The notes beneath the pieces are model-generated. The model was not told the DNA's origin and made no database searches. It was given only the letters and a program-made list of their open reading frames with translations. DNA of 64,000 nt from Eledone cirrhosa (Eukaryota): NCBI GenBank assembly GCA_964016885.1, contig OZ024748.1, positions 39,618,001 through 39,682,000 on the forward strand, in the 5' to 3' direction. The position numbers were made by a program, and so were the translations under genes. Positions within the stretch are counted from its first letter, which is position 1, and each line of letters begins with the position of its first letter. This document shows positions 51,226-64,000 of the stretch, in pieces.

Positions 51226-51788
51226 AACCCTTTCATGGCCACATTTCTAATGAAATACACTATTTTAATTAACTAATGAAGTATTTCAAGTTATTTACTA
51301 AAATTATTAATTAGGCACATGGCTTAGTGGTTAGAGCATTGGCTTTGCAATCGAAAGGTTGTGAGTTCAATTCTCAGACCGGGTGATGTGTTGTTTCCTT
51401 GAGCAAGACACTTTATTTCACATTGCTCCAGTTTACTCAGCTGTAGAAATGAGATGATAGGACTGTGGTCCCTATCATTCCACTGTAAAGTGGACGTGGA
51501 GGCGACACGGCAAAAAAAAAGCACCCAGCACTCACTGTAAATGAGGTTGGTGTTAGGAAGGGCATCCAGCTGTAGAAATCAAGCCAGAATCAGTTCCTGT
51601 CCCACCCTTGCAAGCAGGGAAAAGTGGACGTAAAATGAAATAATGATGATGATTTCATTACTAAGATAGTAACTTAATGTAAGGTTCTTATATAAAATTA
51701 TGTTGGGAGATTTTAATTTAAATTGGAAACATTAAAAATGGGTTTTATTTTATAGAATCAGCAGCAGTTTTGGCCGTGACGAGGGTTA
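51226..51788. mobile_element. MITE-like element with taaccct.....ggcc inverted termini, interrupted by a family-2 SINE (51316-51652)
   Basis: taaccctttcatggcc at the left end and ggccgtgacgagggtta at the right end. Confidence 0.55.
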
Positions 51789-51852
51789 GTAACTAAAGGG
51801 TGGGAGTTGGTAACTAAAGGGTGGGGGTTGGTAACTAAAGAGAGAGAGAGAG

Positions 51853-53382
51853 ATTAATAAAAACAATGAATAAAAACAAAGAAACAATTCCTTATATTAA
51901 CAAATTCATCATTTTACGATCGTTTCTAGGATATATATGTGTGTGTTGGTATGTATATCATATAGATCTATGTAAGCATTTTACAAACTATCAGAGGAAA
52001 TATACATACCTACACATATATATGCTGAATATATGAAATAATTGTTTCTATTTTAGGCACAAGGCCAGCAATTATCCAGTACATTACTGGTACTTTATTT
52101 TATCGACCCCGTAAGGATGAAAGGCAAAGTTAACCTCGGCGGGATTTGAACTCAGATCATAAAGGGACGTAACTCTATGCTTCAAAGCATGGTGTCCGAC
52201 TCTCTACCGATACTGCCAATCCGCCGCTGAATATATGAAATAATGATATCTGTTTATTGAAAAACACCAACAAAGATTTAATATAATAAGTCTGTTTGGG
52301 AGCAGGTTTTTAATTGACCAATAGAAGAGTAGTAAGTGGTCAAGTTGATAGAATAGTAGTAGTAGAAATTTAATTTAGGGGTAGAGGAATGCAGACTTCA
52401 GTTTTGAAGGGAAATAATACTTTGAATGAAAAGATTACTTTGGGGATGAAAAGAGGTCAAGCCGGTGAAAGGTACACGAAAATTTTATGTTATTAAAGAA
52501 TAATGCTAATGTTAAAATCGAAGGAGAATAAAATTTTAGGATAAATGTGTTAGTGAGAAATACCAATCTTATTAAAAACATAAGGAATTTAGATCTATAA
52601 AAAGAAATTAAATTAATTAATAGGTATACTTATAGGGATAAATTTATATTAATTCATATAGATGTGATAAATAAGAGTTAGATGTTATTAAAGAATGTTG
52701 TTAAAAACGAAGGAAAAGAATTGGGGGAGGGGGATAAATGTATTAGTGAGAAATAACAAACTTATATAGACTACAAGGAATTTAGATTCATAACAGGAAA
52801 TTAAAATAGTTTATATGTATACTTATAGGTATTAATTTTAGGAAAAGATAGCTGTAACAGGGAAATAAAATTATGAAGTTCTCAGTAGTAAAATACTAAT
52901 TATAGGTTAACTAAATTTAAAAAAAGCTAATTATAAGAATTTGTAATATAAAAGTGTATATTAATTAGGTTTATAATATTTGAAAGTTCTTCTAATTCTA
53001 TGATTGCACGATATAATTAATTCTTGTCGCTTCTTTAATAGGATATCCTTAGATTTCATTATTTCAAAAAGTTCCTGGGAACATAATCTACACTCATATC
53101 TGTTATTTTGATAAGGGATGGCCCTTCTGAGCACACTCCAGGTCAGGTTATAATCGATATACTTTTTTCTATAATTATTAATTATTTCAGCCAAGGATGT
53201 TATATTAGCTAATGCGGCATTTCTAAACTGTGTTTGTGGGTATTAAATCTTACTTTAAATTGGTTAGAAGTAGCTCCTATATATGAATAAGTTGAGTCCT
53301 TAGTGCTAATTTTACATTTATATACTATGCTATTAATAAGGCAATTTCCTTTTAATGGGCAATTTGCATTGTTTCTCAAGGA
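51853..53382 (-). mobile_element. Penelope-like element 3' part (GIY-YIG C-terminus plus UTR)
   Basis: ORF 52961-53194: LTWSVLRRAIPYQN..YECRLCSQE..LLKKRQELIISCNHR. Its UTR is repeated in inverted form at 57203-57850. Confidence 0.8.
52043..52225 (-). mobile_element. SINE, family 1, with 19-bp TSD
   Basis: gctgaatatatgaaataat at 52024-42 and 52226-44; the empty site is seen in the inverted copy near 57660-57678. Confidence 0.92.
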
Positions 53383-54572
53383 TCAATTTCCCCCTCGTCC
53401 TTCTGCATATGAAAGTCTGCTGTCCAGGTTGGTGGTTTGCGACTTCTTTGCGATCTCCGCAGTGTTGGGGCGGCACTTTGGGTTTCCTCTTCCACGGAGT
53501 CCGTTGACACAGTGATTCTACGGACATCCAGGACATGACGTGGTACTCCGTCCAAGGACACATTGTTCTGGGAATTTACGGCCGTCACCGTTCCCCTTCC
53601 CCATTGAGATGTGCAACGTGCATATGGGGGCTTAACCCAGACTTCTTCGCCCACCTGCACGAATGCACTCTCTCTCCCCACTGGCTGTTGTGATGGCGTG
53701 CACGGGTGCCGCCACTCGTATCTGAATACTGCTCTGTGTGGCACCGATTCCTTGACCTGTCTCACCCGAGGGGACATGTTGTACCAGAACACTGCCTCCA
53801 TTGGTGAGATATGGCCGTGCTCCGCCATTGCCTTGATCGTCCGGTGGTGTCGCTCTACAATTCCATTCCCGCTCGGCCTGTGCGCTGCTCTGAAGAAACG
53901 GTCCACCTTCCATCCATCGAGCATCTCCCTCAGCGCCTCCGAGCGCAACGCTGCGCTGTTGTCCATCAGCAGTTCGTCCACAGGGTCCCACTCCAAGAAC
54001 ACCTCTCTCAACGTCCGCATGATTTCCTCGGCCGTTCCAGTCTTCATCTCCCTCCATATCGCCATCCGTCCTGATCCACAGTCGACCATCGAGAGGTACG
54101 TTCCCTGTCGGTAGTGCGTTACATCCACCGCCAATCGCTTCCAGTCGCGATCCACCGGGAGGCTTCCCGTTTCGTGCACACCCGGGGCGGGATCAATGGA
54201 CTGACATCGGACGCAGCCTCTAACCACCCTTTGAACACTGTGTCTGTTAACGTCCGAGTCGATTCTCCTGGCTAGGAACAGGCTCCTATCCACTCCCATG
54301 TGGTGCATGTCATGCAATCCTTTCAGATCCGACTCGGTCAGCCGACACACGGCAGCTATCTCATCATCTACCTCCTCCGGTGCTTCCATCCAGGCTTTAT
54401 TCACCCTAGTTAAGACGTCCGCCCTATTTTTCTCTGAGAGCACGAAAACTACACTCAGCCTCAGGTCGAACTCGGTGACCAGCTCTCCTAAAGTTCCCAG
54501 GCGGCGCTTTATCAGCATCTCCGCCGCCCCTCTCGTTCGCACTCTCTTCTCACTGGTGAGCACTGATCTCAC
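53376..54572 (-). pseudogene. Gypsy integrase portion of pol
   Basis: HHCC zinc-binding and D-D-E core motifs. Confidence 0.85.
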
Positions 54573-57195
54573 CCATCCGAGTACAGTAGCCGAGTCGGTG
54601 CGTATCTCGATGGATGCGCATTCCCCACCTCAGGGCGAGGTTCACCCCTCTCAACACTGCGTCCAGTTCGGCTACATTGATGTGGTTGCAGTCGTCCTTC
54701 TTCCTAAGCCAGGCTGCATCCTCGACCTCAACACCTCCTATCTCCAACGTGACACCCAGCGCTATGCTGCTGGCATCGCACCATACGGTCCCGCTCTGTG
54801 ATTTGGGAACATACAACCCTCCCCACGATCTCCTGCATCATGGCCATCTCTTGACATAGCTGCATGCCGTCCGGAGCCACCCAGCAATCGGGTATTCACC
54901 CACCAACTTTCCACACACCGAGAAAAGCTCCCGCCTACTAATACTTGGGCCCAGTTCTGGAACTTCATTTCCCCTCTGGAATACCAAGACGCCCGTCCTG
55001 TCTCGCCGTAGCCTAAGTCCCAGCGCGGCTCCTCCCTCCAACGCTTCTGACGGCTTCGCAGCCAGTCCATACCCCTGTAAATGGCTCGTGACCTCCGCCG
55101 CCGACACCACAAACTCGTCCACTAGGATGTCGTCAATGTAGGAGTTAGTGGCCCTCTTCATCTTGTCGGCCTTTCCCAGAATGGCCTTGAGGACCGCCGC
55201 CATGATCTTCGATGCGGAGCTCAGCCCGAAACCGAGCCTGGTCAGGCAATGTGTCCGGCCCTTATACCTGACCAGCTGATACTGCCAGAGCTTCTCATCT
55301 ATATGCAATTGCAAGTATGCCGACTTTAGATCTACGATTGCTGAACCCCCCGTCATGCGTCTCCACTCACGCAGGGTTTCCCCCACAGACATCCGTGACC
55401 TCGCCACTCGTGTGGCATGACACGTGCTCGTTCAGCTCCCGAAGGTCCAGCACCGGCCTCACCTTGTTCTTCGTGGGTTGCGCCACCGCCATTAACGACA
55501 ATACTCCGCACTTCACCTCCTCTTTCCAGGGAAGCAGTATGCCCTCCTCAATCCATCTCTCTACCTCTCTCTCGAACTCGCCCCTAATGTTTCCCTTCAA
55601 TGTGTGTTGATAGCAGCCCACTTTGGTCTTCAGTGTTGGTGGTTCTCCCTTCCAGTACCACTCAACAACCCATCGCTGCCTATCGAACACGGCCTTGAAG
55701 TCTTTGTCCTGCACAGTGTAAGCGGGGTATTTCTCCTCGTGGGCCTTCTGGTTCTCCTGTCGCGTACTCACAGCGCATACCGATGCAGCTGCGCCAAACG
55801 GCACACCGACGTTGTTCACTGTGACGCCTCCTAGACGGCGAATTGCTTCCATGCCCATAACCACGCCGATCCCATCCACCAGGCTGTCTACTACGATGGC
55901 AGAAAGCCTTATTTTCCTTCCCCGTACCGCTATTTCCATCTCGCTGCGATCTCGGCATTCAATCTTCCTGCCATCGACTGCCCTTACGCTGCTATTCCCT
56001 CTTCACCTCTGCGCCACCCCCGCGATCACCAGTGTCGTCGTACAACCCGTGTCCACGAGGGCTCGCTGTGGCTTTCCCCTCACGAAGACACCCACCACGG
56101 AGAGCGCCTCTACTCGTAACGGGCAACTACCGGCGCAGTAGTTCCCCTTGGATCGATTCCCTGGTCGCAGTTAGTAGCGATGTGGCCTGGTCGCTTACAC
56201 CGGTAGCATATTATTTCCGGCCTTGACTCTCTGCACTCTCTAGCCATGTGCGGGCCCTGGCACCGAAAACAGCCACCTCTAAACTTTCGCGGGCGACCGC
56301 GTGCCGTGGTTGCCTACCTTTCACCATTTCGCTGCCAGCTGTCTTGAGCCTCTGTAGTTGCTATCGCCGCGACACTCTTCTTGGAATCTTCTGCTATGAT
56401 CCGGGCTATTTCCACCAGTGAACGCATTTCCATTTCTTTGTAACCCGCGACTTGCTGCAGTTTCACCGCTATCTCGTCTGGAAATCCATTTATGAACGCC
56501 AACCGCACCGTGCGTTCGCATTCCACCTGATGGCCAATCGCGGTATTTCCGCTGCGAAAAGGTCAACGCGTTCACCGTTCCATCTAATTATTGCCAGCTT
56601 AGCGAAAGCGGCTAACGGTCCCTCTGCGAACGCTTCCATCATGCGCCTCTCAATCTTTTGCGCATCTCTTTGGCTGTGTTCGTCCAACTCAAGGAAGAGT
56701 ACCAACGCGTCCCACTCGAGGTACAGTGCCATGAGGCCAGCCACATCTTCTATCTTCTGCAAGCTTGCGACCAGCCGGACTTTTCGCAGCCAAGCGACAA
56801 CATCACTTTCCCCGGTAAATGCCCTCTTCTAATTAGTCTTGCGGTACGTGATAAACAAAAACAACAGACTCCTCTCTGTTTTTCCAGTTGCTTTTTTTTT
56901 TTTTTTTTTTTCAATCAGATCTCAGTTTCCAGTGCCGAAATAGCTTGTGGTTAGAAAAAGCTATCTCACCGCTTTTCATAGGCGCAGCTAAATCCCACTG
57001 CTGGTTTCTCTTCTTCCACGTGCGTCCAACTCCTTAACACCGGGAGCTGCCAAAACTCGCGTCCACACCGTTGCTGGTCACCACTAGAGAGAGGCCGATC
57101 TGCTGGCACTTCCGGTCGAGCATCCTTCCGGCCAAGCACCCTTCCGGTCGAGCACTCCCCCGCTTCCGGCCACCGCACGCCACACCATATCCACA
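53388..57195 (-). mobile_element. Ty3/Gypsy LTR retrotransposon, frameshifted; only one LTR-like end
   Basis: gag with two CCHC knuckles (about 56165-56270), protease ALVDTGCTT, RT (DLKSAYLQL, YIDD), RNase H (WCDASS) and integrase (HMGV..CVRC, LAVDV, MDN, GIVERHHRTIK) in PR-RT-RH-INT order. PPT GAGGGGGAA at 53396-53388. Confidence 0.93.
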
Positions 57196-57202
57196 TCAAT
57201 TA

Positions 57203-57850
57203 AATCTTTAATAGCATCTAACTCTTATTTATCACATCTATATGAATTAATATAAATGTATCCCTATAAGTATACCTATCAATTAAATTAATTTAATTTC
57301 GTTTTATAGATCTAAATTCCTTATATTTTTAATAAGATTGGTATTTTTCACTAACATATTTATCCTAAAATGTTATTCTCCTTCGATTTTATCATTAGCA
57401 TTATTCTTTAATAACATACAATTTTCGTGTACCTTTCACCGGCTTGACCTCTTTTCATCCCCAAAGTAATCTTTTCATTCAAAGTATTATTTCCATTCAA
57501 AACTGAAGTCTGCATTCCTCTACTCCTAAATTAAACTTCTACTACTACTATTCTATCAACTTGACCACTTACTACTCTTCTATTGGTCAATTAAAAACCT
57601 GTTCCCAAACAGACTTATTATATTAAATCTTTGTTGGTGTTTTTCAATAAACAAATATCATTATTTCATATATTCAGCATATATATGTGTAGGTATGTAT
57701 ATTCCCTCTGATAGTTTGTAAAATGTTTACATAGATCTATATGATATACATACCAACACACACATATATATCCTAGAAACGATCGTAAAATGATGAATTT
57801 GTTAATATAAGGAACTGTTTCTTTGTTTTTATTCATTGTTTTTATTAATT
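57203..57850 (+). mobile_element. Inverted pseudo-LTR of the 51853-53382 Penelope-like element
   Basis: Reverse complement of 51853-52042 plus 52245-52695. Confidence 0.88.
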
Positions 57851-57979
57851 TATCTTGACTCTGTTTTCCTGTGATTTTCATTGAAAACATTTTTTAATAC
57901 ATCTTTTCTTTTCATGATATTTGGATTACATTGAGTTCTTCATACGGATTGGACACTACCATATATTTTGGTAGATTTA

Positions 57980-58019
<40 letters not shown>

Positions 58020-58069
58020 AGTAAGTAAGTTTTTAAACAGTGAGCGAGTTTGAAATTAGAAATATAAGT

Positions 58070-58741
58070 TTTCACCGTATTTTTTACTAAATAAATTTTT
58101 AGGCTGATAATGGGGTTTAGAACCCTCAGATAAATGGAAAAAGATGAGTATTGACGTACGTGGAAGGTCAATACTCATCTTTTTCTATTTCTCTGAGGGT
58201 TCTAAACCCCACTATCAGGGTAAACATTTCTTTAGACAAAATACGGTGAACGCATATATATATATATAAGGAAAAAAGATGAAATCGTAAATGCAACTGG
58301 AGTCTTTTTTTATAAAAATATATATTTATTTGGTTCCTTCACCGGTTTCGCAGTTTTTCTGCTTTTCAAAAGTAGAATTGAGATGAAGGGTTTGTGGTTT
58401 TTCTAACATCTAGTTGGTGTTTGAATGTTACTTCTGTTTTATATGGAAAAAAGTGGCTCGAAATGCTAGGTTTTTAGAGAAGTAATTTGGTTGGTTTCCA
58501 TATAAAACAGAAGTAACATTCAAACACCAATCAGATGAGAGAAAAACCACAAACCCTCCATCTCAATTCTACTTTTGAAAAGCAGAAGAACTGCGAAACC
58601 GGTAAGGGAAGCAAATAGATATATATTTAAAAAAAAAAAGACTCCAGTTGCATTTTCGATTTCATCTTTTTTCCTTATACTTTCACTCGTGTAGGACATC
58701 TCGTTTTTTTTTTCATTTTGGAAAAAACCCCTCATTTTCTA

Positions 58742-58821
<80 letters not shown>

Positions 58822-58951
58822 GAAAAAGTATGACCCCGACGGCAGAGCTCAAGCCGTTTCGACGGCAGAGCTCAAGCCGTTTCGACGGCTATTTCTGGAC
58901 TGAATTAGCCGTCGAAACAGCTTTAGTTCTGCCGTCGGGGTCATACTTTTC
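58070..58951. repeat. Three consecutive imperfect palindromes (58070-58250, 58268-58678, 58822-58951)
   Basis: The arms are readable reverse complements. The third shares tagccgtcgaaacggcttgagctc with the PLE end at 12260-12295. Confidence 0.85.
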
Positions 58952-59031
58952 CTATTTCCCACTCTACTACCCTAAGTATTGAGTACTCTGGTGCGTTATG
59001 GTCCATCTGGTTCCTTTCCAGAATTCTTTTG

Positions 59032-61795
<2,764 letters not shown>

Positions 61796-61811
61796 GGTTG
61801 GTTTTCTGAAC

Positions 61812-62765
61812 AAACTCTAACCCTAACACTAACCCTAACCCTAACCCTAACACTACCCCTAACCATATTGGCCTGGTATGCTGAACAAACTCTAACTCTA
61901 TCACTACGCCTAACCCTAACCCTAGCCATATTGGCCTGGTATGCTGAACAAACTCTAACCCTAACCCTAACCCTAACTCTAAACATAACTCTGGCACTGA
62001 CACTAATACTAACTCTAACCCTAACCCTAACACTAACCCTAACACTAAAACTGACTCTAACCCTAACTTTAACCCTAACTCTAACCCTAACTTTTACTCT
62101 AACCCTAACCCTAACACTAACTCAAACTCTTAACATTACTCTAACCCTAACTCTAACCTAACTTTAACTCTAAACCTAACTCTAACCCTAACACTAGCCC
62201 TAACTCTAACTCTAACTCTGACCCTAACGCTGACCATAAATCTAAACCTAACTCTAACTCTAACTCTAACCCTAACTCTAACTCTAAGCTTAACTCTAAT
62301 CCTAACTCTAACCCCACCTCTAACTCTAAACCGTAACCAAACTCTAACCCTAACTCTAACCCTAACTCTAACCCCAACTCTAACCTAACCCTAACCCTAA
62401 CCCTAACCCTAACCCTAACCCTAACCCTAACCCTAACCCTAACCCTAACCCTAACCCTAACCCTACCCTTAACTCTAAACCTAACTCTAACCATAACTCT
62501 AACCCTAACTCTAAGCCTGAATCTAATCCTAACTCTAAACTTAACACTATCCCTAACTCTAACCCTAACTCTAACCCTAACTCTAACCCTAACCCTAACC
62601 CTACCTCTAACTCTAACCCTAACCCTAACTCTAACCCTAACCCTAACCCTAACTCTAACCCTAAATCTAACCCTACCTCTAACCCTACCTCTAACTCTAC
62701 CCTTAACTCTGACTACAACCCTAATCAAACCCCTAACTGGTCTAACCCTAACTCTAACGAACCCT
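61812..62765. repeat. Interstitial telomere-like (CCCTAA/CTCTAA)n tract
   Basis: Pure (CCCTAA)n core at about 62385-62463 with degenerate flanks. Confidence 0.93.
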
Positions 62766-63547
62766 CAATCTAATTACTTAGAGTCCCTGGTAAAGAATAA
62801 ATAAGTTAAGTGGTCCTACATCTGTTTTAATGGAAAGTAGAACGGCGTGCTCATCTACTCTGGGGATCCAGAGTGGAATAAACGGGGTTGTGGGGAAAAT
62901 CGCTAATTTTTCTAGTTTGTCTCTGTGATTGTTTCTTAAACCAGAATTAGTCGTTTAGTTTACATATTGAAACCCCCTACCCATCTTATTTAATATGGGA
63001 TTTCTAGTAATGTACTTCTATTTTGTCATGTGTGATCATTTTTTTAATGTCTAAATAACATTAATTGTCGCAAGAATGCTACGACTTAAAATAATATTTC
63101 ACCTGAGATAGATTAGTTAAATTTAATAAGTGGAAGTGGGTTAATCTGAAAAATTTAATTTCCAGCAACGCTCTGAGAGTATATCACATAGACACATACA
63201 TCCTGGTATACATATATATATACACATACACATATACATCCAGGTATACATATATATACACATACACACATACATCCTGGTATATATAAACACACACACC
63301 CATACATATTCATCCAGGTATATATACACACACACATCCAGGTATATATATAGACACATACACACATACATCCAGGTATATATATACATGCACATACAAA
63401 CATATAGGTATATATACACACATACACACACACAGGTATATATATAGACACACAAACATCCAGTACAGCAAACAAGTGTTTACAGTAGAATCTTTGCTAC
63501 TAAACAGATTGTTAGGAACACGTGTAATTACTGTCTGAATAAAGTGA

Positions 63548-64000
63548 CAACATACTGACTATGTTAAGACATCACAACATACTGACTGTGTTAAGACATC
63601 ACAACATACTGACTGTGTTAAAACATCACAAGATACTAGCTGTGTTAAGACATCACAAGATACTGGCTGTGTTAAGACATCACAACATACTGGCTGTTAA
63701 GACATCACAACATACTGACTGTGTTCAGATATCACAACATACTGACTGTGTTAAAACATCACAACATACTGACTGTGTTAAGACATCACAACATACTGAC
63801 TGTGTTAAGACATCAAAACATACTGACTGTGTTAAGACATCACAACATACTGACTGTGTTCAGACATCACAACATACTGACTGTGTTAAGACATCACAAC
63901 ATACTGACTGTGTTAAGACATCACAACATACTGGCTGTGTTAAGACATCACAAGATACTGGCTGTGTTAAGACATCACAACGTACTGACTGTGTTAAGAC
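63548..64000. repeat. Second array of the 27-bp minisatellite (runs off the window)
   Basis: Same unit as 711-3345. Confidence 0.97.

Overview
AT-rich, repeat-dense animal genomic DNA with no prokaryotic operon structure. The SINE families and TTAGGG-type repeat suggest a mollusc, probably a cephalopod; that assignment is an inference. Most of the window is satellites (27, 48, 54 and 118 bp units), microsatellites, and decayed Tx1/L1, R4/Dong, RTE, CR1, Penelope, Helitron, mariner and Gypsy elements. The only host-gene-like content is a cluster of tryptophanase/tyrosine phenol-lyase (TPL) family beta-eliminating lyase genes: paralog A (+, 22639-24136), paralog B (+, 28363-29754, one 2-bp frameshift), and an inverted truncated copy of A (-, 38293-39121). 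Main finding: A and B appear to have degenerated in complementary ways. A lost the PLP lysine and most same-subunit active-site residues but kept the Tyr/Glu and YGG segments that are donated across the dimer interface. B shows the reverse pattern. This predicts an obligate A/B heteromeric 'split' tryptophanase. Both catalytic exons start at a homologous phase-2 splice acceptor, and phase-compatible ATG leader exons exist. Second finding: each 54-bp unit of the 4.5-kb satellite at 32925-37477 reads as a minimal type I hammerhead ribozyme (about 84 in tandem). Other Penelope-type hammerheads and foldback structures are scattered through the window. The start of the window recurs at 62842, after a telomere-like tract, suggesting a ~62.8-kb duplicated unit.
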